From Leptogorgia sarmentosa (taxonomy: Eukaryota): a stretch of 64,000 bases of DNA. The stretch spans positions 4,836,001 to 4,900,000 of the forward strand of contig OZ210884.1 of the NCBI GenBank assembly GCA_964658305.1, given 5' to 3'. Below, piece after piece: positions 47,259-59,600 of the stretch; within the stretch, counting starts at the first letter, position 1, and every line of letters starts with the position of its first letter. The notes beneath the pieces were generated by a model. It did no database searches. It was not told the origin of the DNA and saw only the letters and a program-made list of their open reading frames with translations. The position numbers and the translations under genes were made by a program.

Positions 47259-48023
47259 GTATGTTGGGAATAGATGTTTCATAACAAATCATTTCACATG
47301 GCAAAATTTCTCTGTCTGAAAATTCTCGAACTACAACGGTACCTCTATATACATGTATTAACTAATATAGGACCAAACTTTGCTGTTGATATAGCTTAGC
47401 ATTGTAAGTGCGCTTTCAAATAACTTGAAGTTAAGCAAGATTTCAGCTTTTGGAAAGTTGCCAGAATTTGCATCGGTTGAAATTTATGGGTACAGAAAGC
47501 TGTTGGGTTACATGCAGTAGGGCATGTCTCGCATAAGCGAGTTGAATCTTAAAATATAATTATGTACACTGCTAGAAGCGAAAACACCCTATCTACAGAT
47601 CAAAAATTCACCATTATCATAAGAAAGTTCCTGCTGTGTGCACGTGCGACGACGTTTTATATGTTCACGCCTCTTACTTTTCACGAAATATCCAACCTGT
47701 TGAAAGATTTTGTTCCCTAACGTATGTGTCCACACAATAAAATCTAGTTAAATTTTAACAAATTAAAAACTAAATTGCTTGTTTTAAAAGTCGATAAGGA
47801 CTATGTTTTATAAGTCTATGCATGTGCTTTAAACTTCCATGTTTTACAGTCCATGTTTTACAAATGCGTATTTTTAGTCCATGTTTTACACAAGTTCATG
47901 TGTTACAAATCCGTGTTTCACAAGTCCATGTTTTTCAAATGCATGTTTATACGTTCAGTCTGGATATATGTTTGCGCTCAATGATTCCAAACGCATCTGC
48001 TTTATCTTTCAGAGACGTGCAAG

Positions 48024-50997
48024 ATGAACAAGTTGAATTGTGCAGTATTGCTCGTCGCCGTGGCTTTAGTTTTTGATTTTAGAGGGCAAGCACACAGTTT
48101 ATTCAGTCTTTATAATTTGACTATTGTGACTTCTTCGCAGTAGATGTTGACTGGAAGACATATATTAGTACTAGCTTATGCAGGAATTTCTTAGTTTACT
48201 TTTATTGGCTTCATCCAATAAGCATACTTGCATGTTGAGAGAAGTACAAATAATCGTGGAAATATGCATCCTGCATTCATTTTTTTATTGTACTCGTTAC
48301 ACATCAGCTGTATTCGTGAATTAACATCCGCTAAACGTAAAATTGTCTTGCAATTTGTAAGAAAAAATGCACCTTAGAAATGGGAACTTGCCATTGTTTT
48401 ACAGGCTTCCTTCAACTGCCGCTGCTGTCTCTGAACGCCGTGGTTTGGAGGGGACAATCGTTGCGAAACTAAATGTGTAAGAATACTTGTAATTGTCTGG
48501 CACCATAAATATAATGAATATTTATCACACGGAGCACATCTTTGAAATTTTGATGAGCCGGAAATCAGATCACTTTTTCCAGCTTAAAATATGTATGCAT
48601 GTGTGTAAATTGTGGAATAATTAAATGGAAGGGAATAGATTCTTTATATGAAAAACCATGGCCAGCCGACTTTTTAATAAAATATAGAAAGGAACAAATT
48701 CGGAAAAATAAAGTCATCTTGCAATTCAAGATATGAATAAAAACAAGCGACAATTGAAACTGTGAATTTTCTACCTTATTTCAAAGTTATCATCATCAGA
48801 CAGAATGAAACATAACACTTTACATACAGCATATATACGGAGCAAGAGAGCGAAAACACTGTGTCACCGGGAGCGAATGTTCACTTAAGACTGCATGTTG
48901 AGCTATATATATTTACATGATAGACATTTTATATTACTATATTTACAAATAAATGGTTCAGTGCTTGTATATTTTATATGCTGTATGTAAAGGGTTTCAT
49001 TCTGTCTGACGATGACTTTGAAATTAAGTCGAAAATTTACAGTTTCAATTGTCTGTCTTGTTTTTATTGGTATCTTGAATTGAAAGATGACTTTATTTTT
49101 CGGAATTTGTTTCTTTCTATATAGATTCTTTATAGCATGATATGTTCTGCAATTTTGGCATATTTAGAGAAATCTTCTCTTAAATGATTATTCTAGAGTT
49201 CCAGCGGAATGCTCCAAATATAAAGGAGAAAATAGTACATGTCGATTAGAGCCTACAGTAAAGAATGTCATTCTCAATATTGAGAATGAAGTTCAAGCCT
49301 TACGATCGAAAGTTGCAAGACTTCAGAGTACAGTTGACGACATTGCAAGTCTGCTCAAAAGACCAAGTATAGGTAAACTGAATTTTTGTCATGAAATAAT
49401 TCTTTTCCAGGCGCAGCACTGCATGGTTGTGTCATAAATAATATTTTTCGAATTATATCCACTTTTATCACCCTTACTATAAAATATAATTAAAAGTATA
49501 TCAAAGACAAAAAGGCACAACAAACCACTTTCGTTTAAACTTAACATACTAATGTTTGTGTGTCCACTCACGGCACTGTATGAAAATAATTATTGCTCAT
49601 CTTCCCATTTCTCAACACTATCCACCTACATAATACATCATGAGATATTTTTGAATAGGAAAGAATTGCGCTGATTTATACAAAAAGGGAAACAAGAAAA
49701 GTGGAGTATATCAAATTGATCCAGATGGCAAGGGCAGTTTCAAGGTCGTCTGTGACATGACAACTTCAGGAGGAGGTTGGACTGTGTTTCAACGTCGTCT
49801 TGATGGAAGTGTTGATTTCTACCGAGGGTGGCAAGATTACAAACACGGTTTCGGAAATTTAAAGGGTGAATACTGGCTCGGTCTTGACAAGATCCACAGA
49901 CTAACAATTGCTTTACAAAACGAACTTCGTATTGACATGGAAGACACGTCTGGAAACAAGAAATACGCAGAGTATGATTTCTTCGCTGTTACCAGTGAAG
50001 AACAAAAATATCAATTGAGTCTTGGAACATATTCTGGTGAGCAGATTTATTAAGACGAATAATTAATGATATAATACGAAAATAAAAAAATTTTGGAGGG
50101 TACGTACGCGTGCCAAAGAGAAGATTACATTTGAAATCTTGCATTTATTGTTGAAATCAAGGCTTCATTTATATTGCCCCGGTTATACACACTTTGATGT
50201 CTATAATTTTAATTTATATTCCTTTTAGTTTCTCAATACCTAGACATAGTTTCGAAGATAGCAAATAGTTTTGTCGAAGACAGTAATCATAGAATAATTT
50301 GATTTTGAGAGGGACACCAAAAAGATTTGGGGTTTTGAACACATTTCGTCGAAAATACGCGACATGACAATTTACGTTCATTTACCAACAACCCAACACA
50401 TCATACCAACAATTCAGACAACAATTATTTTTGAAATGTAGAGTTTCTGCATGAATGCTAGTTTCTGCAACTAGCATATATTAACTTTTTGAAATATACG
50501 AAATGGCAGGCCTAAATTTCCTGCTTGAATTGAATCATTTCAAAGCTATCTTCTTGCAAATGAAACGTTCATAATTAATTTAGTCCGGAATGTGGCAGAC
50601 GTACCTTGAATGCGCAATTTAGGTTTAGGGAAAAATACGTCTAAACTTTTAAAGTGTAAACACGACTGTTGTCCTATATTTTAAAGGGACTGCAGGGGAT
50701 TCTTTCAAACGTCAGAAAGGTATGGCTTTCTCAACAAAAGATTCCGATAACGACACATATTCTGCCAGTTGTGCTGTTCAATTCAAAGGTGCTTGGTGGT
50801 ATAAAAAATGCCATGACTCGAATCTGAATGGCTTCTATCATCATGGTGCACATAAATCATTTGCTGACGGCATTAACTGGAGGACTTGGAAAGGATACCA
50901 CTATTCTTTGAAATCTACATCAATGAAAATCCGACCGCGTGAATTTGGACTGGACACTACCGCTGAATTGGGTGAGCACAGATCCCGTCCCCATTAA
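48024..50997 (+). CDS. Secreted FReD lectin 3, 308 aa (GC donor at first coding intron)
   Basis: Exons 48024-48085, 49197-49372, 49659-50036, 50687-50997 (927 nt, in frame). Confidence 0.88.
48682..49122. mobile_element. Inverted pair of Penelope-like pLTR fragments
   Basis: Arms ~48682-48840 and ~48965-49122 are reverse complements, each with a hammerhead core; similar to 29060-29200, which follows a GIY-YIG C-terminus. Confidence 0.7.
49002..49042 (+). ncRNA. Minimal type-I hammerhead ribozyme motif (Penelope-type)
   Basis: ctgt-CTGACGA-t-gactt-tgaaatt-aagtc-GAAA-at-TT-acag: stem I ctgt/acag, stem II gactt/aagtc, loopless palindromic stem III AATT. Confidence 0.75.
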
Positions 50998-51908
50998 GAG
51001 AAATAACGGACACGCATAATTGCATGCGGACAACGTATACGTTAACTTAGAAATTAATTACACTTTGATTAAAAATATTCATTGCCTGCCAAACGATTGA
51101 ATTAAGAAATTTCATTACTCGACATTTAATTTAGCACAGTTGAAAAGAGCATCGTAAATTCAGCAAAACTGTGAGGTTTGGTTACAAAATATGGTAAACT
51201 TGTTGAAATGCAGGCATTTAAAATTTGTTAATGTTAATTTCGTATTCTTAATTAAGTATTACGCACAAAAAAGTGATACGTCTAACTCAACTTAGCAAAA
51301 TATCTTTAAAACATTTCACTCAAAAATTTAAACGAACTTTGACTATATTTCAATTTTCATTATAGTGACATTCTTTTAGACACACTGTATATTAGCTACT
51401 TGCGATAAATTTAGAATGTACGAGTAGAGTGTTTTTAGTCAGGCAAGACAGAGAAAGCGCTTAATTCTTGTGCACGATAGCTTATATTGCAGTTATTGTT
51501 TTGATCAAGTTCAAAACGTGGGGGGGGGACGAAAACAATGTCTTGCCCCCACGAGTAAATTTTTGGGGAGGGGCGATAGCTACCATTGTCCCCACGGTTC
51601 CACCGCTTTTGATTTCTTCACATTTCATACATGTTCCTGTTTGTGACGTCGCCAAGTTCAGAAAATCTCAACACGTTGTTTGAGTTTGCGTTCAAAGTAT
51701 TTGACGCTACAGTACAGGAAGTCTGAGTTGTTGGCCATCATGTACAATTAATGTACTGGATCTGACCTGGAGTTACAGTAGCTACTGAATACATTCTTAC
51801 CCAAACGCGATAGCAGCAGCCATTGCCAGGACCTAGCGCGGGAGACTTGTTTCAACCTAGTGCTTCAGTCAAAGCCACAGTTTTTCTGAACGTTTATTCA
51901 GAAATATA

Positions 51909-52100
51909 CAGTACTGTGCAAAAATTATAGGCACCTCGTGAAAAAGCATTTGACGCCATCTTATTGTAAACTTATTGTAAACTTATACGTACTTAAACTT
52001 AAACTTATTGTAAACTTACTGTAAACTTATACGATAAGTTTACAATAAGATGGCGTCAAATGCTTTTTCACGAGGTGCCTATAACTTTTGCACAGTACTG
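51909..52100. mobile_element. Tc1/mariner-type MITE
   Basis: ~65-bp near-perfect TIRs cagtactgtgcaaaa.ttataggcacctcgtgaaaaagc; TA on both sides. Confidence 0.88.
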
Positions 52101-52486
52101 TATCTTCGATGAAGTTTAACACAGCTTCAGGCTGGAATGAAGAAATACAAAGCATTGTTCCAGCTGTTTTCTCCGACTACTGTGTTCCATTTTGTGCGGT
52201 AAGTTTCATGTTGAAACTGCCCTCAGAACGCCGCAAATGGCGTTTCCAAGGTTCAAAAATCAAAATTTTTCTGGGGGGCATGCCCCCAGACCCCCCTAGG
52301 TTTCTCGCGCCTTAGGGGCCCGAAATTATTGACTAACGTAGCAACCAGAAAATTCTCACCAACAACTGGAATATATGGACACTTTTTAGACATACCCTCA
52401 ACACCAAAATAAGTTTTTAGTGGGGCAATCCGGTATGGCCGCCGGTGGCTTCATTTCTTCAAAGCAGATGCACTATCCAGTCTTAG

Positions 52487-53540
52487 CCCTTACAAAAATA
52501 AACTATAGTTTCTTTCACCGAAATTATAGTTTAAAAAACTGTAGTAATTTGGAACAAAAACTATAGTTAAAATTAACTAAAGTTTCTAATAACTATAGTT
52601 TCACAAAACGCTCAGGTTTTTCAAATCGCTCAGGTTTCCAAACGCTCAGGTTTCCAAACGCTCAGGTTTTTTAAAACGCTCAGGTTTCAAAACGCTCAGG
52701 TTTTTCAAACGCTCAGGTTTTAAAACGCTCAGGTTTTAAAACGCTCAGGTTTTTCAAAACGCTCAGGTTTCAAAACGCTCAGGTTTTTCAAACGCTCAGG
52801 TTTCAAAACGCTCAGGTTTTTCAAATCGCTCAGGTTTCCAAACGCTCAGGTTTCCAAACGCTCAGGTTTCCAAACGCTCAGGTTTTTTAAAACGCTCAGG
52901 TTTTTTAAAACGCTCAGGTTTTTTAAAACGCTCAGGTTTTTTAAAACGCTCAGGTTTCAAAACGCTCAGGTTTCCAAACGCTCAGGTTTCCAAACACTCA
53001 GGTTTCAAAACGCTCAGGTTTCCAAACACTCAGGTTTCAAAACGCTCAGGTTTCAAAACGCTCAGGTTTTTCAAATCGCTCAGGTTTCCAAACGCTCAGG
53101 TTTCCAAACGCTCAGGTTTCCAAACACTCAGGTTTCCAAACATTCAGGTTTCAAAACGCTCAGGTATTTCAAATCGCTCAGGTTTCCAAACGCTCAGGTT
53201 TCCAAACGCTCAGGTTTCCAAACGCTCAGGTTTTTTAAAACGCTCAGGTTTTTTAAAACGCTCAGGTTTTTTAAAACGCTCAGGTTTTTTAAAACGCTCA
53301 GGTTTCAAAACGCTCAGGTTTCCAAACGCTCAGGTTTCAAACGCTCAGGTTTTGAAACCTACAGTTTTTTTTAACTATAATTTCGTTGGAAAAATCTATA
53401 GTTTATTAATAACTATAGTTTTGTGGAACTATAGTTATTAGAAACTTTAGTTAATTTAAACTATAGTTTTTGTTCCAAATTACTACAGTTTTTTAAACTA
53501 TAGTTTCGGTGAAAGAAACTATAGTTTATTTTTGTAAGGG
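52487..53540. mobile_element. Non-autonomous TIR element (CCC...GGG ends, 2-bp TSD; CMC/EnSpm-like) enclosing a minisatellite
   Basis: ~120-bp TIRs cccttacaaaaataaactatagtttc.../...gaaactatagtttatttttgtaaggg; AG on both flanks. Confidence 0.8.
52604..53356 (+). repeat. 16-19 bp minisatellite (aaacgctcaggttt[cc/ca/ttc/ttt])n
   Basis: Roughly 40 or more units with an invariant cgctcagg core (a few cactcagg). Confidence 0.97.
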
Positions 53541-53642
53541 AGTATATATCAATATTTTAGTCTCGCATTCGGAAATTTTTGTTCAACACCGCTACCACAC
53601 TTGGGGTCTCTGGATACGGCCCTAATGCTCATTTGAACCACA

Positions 53643-56600
53643 CTAAGTCACTGTCTGGTATACAGGTTCATTGGGAACGTCGCTTCTTTCATCGCTAGAT
53701 GCATTTAATGAAGGATACTGCAGGAAACTTCTATCATGGGATTGCAATTGATTCTGAACAATCAAACTTTGATAATTTGCATCAACGGGCACTCTCTTTG
53801 ATTGGTCAAGTTGTGCGTACCGGGATGGCTCTTCATACTCGCCTTCGGAATTTGGTATTTGCGGTAATTCTATTCCTGGTGACAAAACGTCTTCATAACC
53901 ATTATTTTCCGACTCTTTAATATCTCTCTTATTACGCTTTAGTAGGACGAAACCATGGAAACGGAGACAAGCTGCGGAAATGACTATTGCCAAAGCAACC
54001 AAGACAGCGACTACGCTTCCGATAATTACACCAACGTTGCTGGACGATGTGCTAGAGGGACCTGGTTCAACTAAATGAGGAAAATATTTGCTTATTTTTT
54101 ACGCGGACAATTCTGTAATTCATTTTTAGTAGACATTCTCCGATCCTGTTATAAAATGGAACAATGTTACAACAGGATGTATAAAAGTGTTTTCAATTAG
54201 AAAATATTGCCTCAACTAACGAGCACGCACACTTTAGAATAATTTACGTAGTTAATGCAATTACCGCTAATTAAAAAGATATATAAATCTTTTTCCCAAA
54301 TATGAAATGCGCTGCTGAAATGGGATTCGTTTTAATATAATAATGTAACTGTTAAAAACTCCTACACATATTTAATTTTCACGGCAAGATACAGCCAGTG
54401 GTTGCGCCGAGGACGGGGGGGGGGGGGGGGTACATAGCTACATGGAACCCTAATGGCGCTTCGTGAGCTTAAACTATCTGTTGCATTTCTTTATGCCACT
54501 GACTACCCTCCCCCCACTACAAATGTCGTTCCCTCGGGAATGCTCATTTATTTAATAGCACCCTCGTCGGGGAACAAGCCCCTCCACCGAAGAATTGCTG
54601 GCGCCACCCCTGTGTACAGCAAGTACAACAGTAAAATTGCGGACGAGCAAAGCATGGAAAAGCAATTAATTTGTATTAGGTATAGAAACACAGTCATTAA
54701 GCCTTTGTGAAGAAAAATCAACGGTTTCATACCAATTACATGTATTAGTGCCGTAAGATTTAACTAACCTTCACAAAATGTTCCGTTTCCTGTGTATCCA
54801 GTACTACAAGCACACTGGAATGAACCCGCAGTATTAACACATGTTGCATTGTTGCTGCAATTGTTGTGACTTCGTACCTGACATTCATCAATATCTGAAA
54901 TTAACATTTTCGTCTGATTATTCATCAAGAATGTTCTCACTAACTTCATTAATGATAGTTTTGCGACTGTTGTATTGAAACTTGATTCTTGCTGAAGAAA
55001 AACTAAAAGAAAAGTAATAATCAAAACGTAAAGCTTTCTTGGAAACCGAAGTTTAATAATTAAATTATATTTGAAAATTTAGAATTTGGAATACTTGCAC
55101 AATATATATAGTCGACGTTTTCCAAATTATTTTCAAAATAATTTGAAGAATATAAAAGACGGAAAATATTACTATTCAATGCATTTTTAAAAATGTCGAA
55201 TACAAGTCATACAACTTATACGCACGTCACCTGCAGGCTGCAGCACAATGACAAATTAACAAATAATGCAATGAGATTGAATTAACCTTCACAAAATTTT
55301 CCATTTCCTATGAAACCAGTATTGCAAAGACACTGGAATGAACCTGCAGTGTTAATGCATGCTGCATTTCTACTACAATCATTGTGAATTCGTGCCTGGC
55401 ATTCGTCAATATCTGAAATTAAGATTTTGTAAAATTAAACTCTATCCGTTATAAATATATTACAAGCTACTCACTAATTCAGTAACAATTGTGCAATACA
55501 AAAATTCTGAGCTTAAAATAGTGTGAATAAAATGTAAAGCAAAAGGTTTTAATAAAACATAAAACCTATTGCCGCAAGGATATCATTAGAGTTGTGGGAT
55601 TCAATTACTTAATGGAAGCATTTGGCTTACACAATGACATATAAATCTTGCAGTAATATTTTATTCAACTAACCTTCACAAAATGTTCCGTTCCCTGCGT
55701 AACCGTTATAACAAGCGCATTGAAATGAACCCGCAGTATTAATACATGCTGCATTGTTGCTGCAATTATTGTGGCTTCGTACCTGACATTCATCAGTATC
55801 TGAAATTAAAATTTCGTTTGTTTGATTATTCGTAAAAAACATTCTCACTAACTCATTGATAGTTTTGCGACTGTTGTATTGAAACTTGATTCTTGCTGAA
55901 GAAAAACTAAAAGAAAAGTAATAATCAAAACGTAAAGCTTTCTCGGCAATAATTTCATTAACGTTAATTGTTGGATACGAGTCATGTATAACTAATTAAA
56001 CTAAAATACTTACGTCACCTATAAAGGCCCACATAGACTGGACCCGATTCGGTAACGCGACGCGATTTTTCATTTTTTGAAAGTACATAGAACTGTGCCA
56101 GAAAGTAAATTTTGGACGTCTTGTGAACAAGATAAGTTAAAATTTTTTGTTGCTATGAAATTTGGGGAAATATTTAATCAGGAACAATTATAATTTTATT
56201 TGCTTTCGAAAACCGAAAAATCGGGTCGCGTAACCGAATCGCGTGCGGTCTGTGGGGCCCTTAACAATGACATGTAAATTATGCAGTGAGATTGAATTAA
56301 CCTTCACAAAATTTTCCATTTCCTATGAAACCAGTATTGCAAAGACACCGGAATGAACCTGCAGTGTTACCGCATGCTGCATTTCTACTACAATCATTGT
56401 GAATTCGTGCCTGGCATTCATCAATATCTGAAATTAAGATTTTGTAAAATTAAACACTATATCCGTTATAAAAATATTAGCTACTAGCTACTCACTAATT
56501 CAGTAACAGTTGTGCAATAAAAATATTGATGTTAAATCAGTGTGAATAAAATATAAAGGAAGAATATCATTAGTAAGAGTTGTGAGATTCAACTTGATCG

Positions 56601-59600
56601 ATGTATTTGCCTTAGACAATGACATATAAATCTTGCCGTAATATTTTATTCAATTAACCTTCACAAAATGTTCCGTTTCCTGTGTAACCAGTATAACAAG
56701 TGCATCGGAATGAACTCGCAGTATTATAGCATGCTGCATTGCTACTGCAATTGTTGTGACGTCGTACCTGGCATTCATCAATATCTAAAATTAAAATTTT
56801 GTTAATTAAATTATCCGTCAAAAATATCACCAATTCATCGATAGTACTGTTCGTAAGTGACGTAACACCTGTACAGAATGATTTTAAATCATAGTAAATA
56901 AAATTTAAAACAAATGTAAAGACTTAAATGTTTGAATAAGACCTGAAAAAACAACAGGTAAAATATATAGTAATATTGATTAAATTAACCTTGACAAAAT
57001 ATTCCGTTTCCTGTGTAACCAGCATTACAAACACACTGCAATGAACCTCCAGTATTATAACATGTTGCATTGCCGCTGCAGTTGTCACATGTACGACCAT
57101 CTGAAATTAAACGCTTGTTTGATAAATTTATTTGTCAGAAAATCTTACTACTCGTGGATTATATGATTGATGGATATCATTCGCAACAGTTGCAACCAGT
57201 CAACGATATATGTTTCATTGAACGAAATGTTTTCATTTTTCTAAATACTAGATACAATATAATCATATACATATGTACGACTTTTCAAAGACATTTTACT
57301 TTACTTTAAGACATTGTATTGACTGAAAGATGAAAAATTTATATTAGGTGGGCTGCAGGGGGAGAGCTGATTACACGTGCATCCTAGTAATAGACTTTCA
57401 GGCAAAACATAACAGAAAATCCTGCGTTGATGCACATCTACTAGTTAGCATTGAGTCCTTCGTGACTTAGCTTACGGGAAAATGCGTTCAAGTTTGCCAG
57501 TAAATATCGATAAATATAAAGATCATGATTCATGAATATAATCAAGCAGCATGTTGAATGATCGAAAACTCTCGTCTCAGGTATGTAAGCATGTAGCTGA
57601 TCTATAATAATACCACAAAAGACTAAAATTTGCCTTTAAATATCTACTTAAAAATGTCTACACATGCAATTCAGAAATACTTTTTTAACCTTTGTCAGCT
57701 AGTATTTTAAAATATCAACAGACCTCGCATGGTACTACGCACCTTGGCAACCAAACCCACCATAAAGACATAAAAATGAGCCATCTGTGTTTACGCATTT
57801 GCCAGAACTATTACATGTACGGTTGTGAGCTTCATCAGCGCATTCATCAATATCTACAACCATCATGAAGTGTTAGTACATAATCATGTACATCACGGCC
57901 ACGAAAATTCTTTTTCATACAGCTTTGTTAGAGTAAATTTCCATCTCAAAATGTAGCCCATTAAACCCAGTAAAGGCAATTTATTAAAGGCAATATATTC
58001 TTCACTTGTACTGAACAACAAATTATTTGAAAGTAGATTATTTAACGAAGAAAGAACTACAATATACTTACCATCATCATCAGTAATGGTAACTGTAGCA
58101 TTACTTCGAAATATCTCATCTCTGGCATTATTTGTGGTAAAGAATACAGTAAAAGTTTCGAATCCTTCAGAATCATTGTCATCTGGTAAGTCTATACTAA
58201 AGCAGACAGGTGCTGAAGAATTTATCGTTACATGAAGTGCATGAAGTGGTAGTCCCGAACTGTTGTAGTCAACGCCCGTTGCAGTTCCGTCACTCGTGGT
58301 TATCCTATAGAAACATACGAATCACGATTAAGGGGCTGTTACTATTTTTTGATTTTGAGGAATTAGAATTAGGGCTTCAGTGTTTTGAGGTTGGATTAGG
58401 GTCAAGATTGGGAAATGGATTATGGCTGTATTTGGGTTTAAGGTTAGGCTTTTGGTTATCACAAAAGGGCTAAAGTATAGAATATTTAACTCCTAAAACG
58501 AGATAGGTACAATTTTCAATGTAAACTTGCCCAGCAATGATATGTTGCACTAGTAAACCAAATGTCGCGGGTTCGATTCCCACGGAGACCAGGCTAATTT
58601 TTCAGCCTGCCTGGTGAGAATATACTCAGAGAATGACATCACAATAACAATGATATGTTGTTCTAGCATAAGAACATTGTATAATTATAAACATACTTAA
58701 CATAATCTAGATATTAGATTTAAACACCTATAGCAGGATTAGTCGTATATGATCATCAATACGATCATCCCTTCTTTCTTCCCACCGAATTCAGTGGGCA
58801 AACCAAAGTGAGTATCTATGCAAATATTTATACATTAACATTTTCATGTCGTTATGACAGCAGAAAAATATTCATAGACTTACATCCCAGTTATTACACT
58901 TGTGTAGTTTACCACGACCAAACAAATTTCTGCTGTACCACCTTCAGCGCCATAATAGAAGTTTCGATCAAATCCAGCGATGTTTTGAACACCATATCCT
59001 AGGTTATTAACAACTGTGACTTTATACACAAACTTGGCAGTGTAATTATAACTTTTTCATTCCAATCTGGAAATTTATTTCTTACGTAACCTTTTACATG
59101 GAATAATCCGCAAGTTTGGAAAAATAATTCAAAGAAAAAAAATGAAAAAAATCCATGCAAAACTGTAACATGCGCTTTGGAAATAGCATCATTACAGAAT
59201 TTCTGTAACATATTAATTAGTTTTGTATCTAAAATGAATCTGTCTTCATACGTTTCACCCAGAATAGATCTTCAGTTTGTTTGAAAATTCTACATGTATG
59301 AAATCGCCTTTTAGAGTCGAGTCTTACTCCTGATGGGGCCGGTTGTATCAAAAAAGGTTTTCCGCTCAAGCGGTGGACAAGCGAAAAATATCAAACCTTA
59401 TTATAAATTATTAACTACAAGAAAACTAAACTTTTCTCTGAACCTAACAACTACACATTTGATCTAGAAAATTTAGGTTCAACTATTAAAGTTGAATAGG
59501 AGTGTTTCTAAAATCTTGCTTATCCACCGTTTAATTAATTAACTAGTAAACCCCCAATACAACCGGCCTCAGGCATCTAAGCATGTAGCTGAACTATAAT

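Noticed and set aside
52604..53356. CRISPR-like array
   Set aside because: Contiguous short units with no unique spacers, no cas genes, eukaryotic context; it is a minisatellite
58548..58600. tRNA gene
   Set aside because: Only a B-box/T-arm; no A-box or cloverleaf; flanked by TSDs, so a SINE
59245..59280. Hammerhead-like motif on minus strand (CUGAAGA ucuauucugggu GAAAcgUA)
   Set aside because: Core words are present but stem II lacks the 10.1:11.1 pair and stem I does not pair; at best a decayed relic
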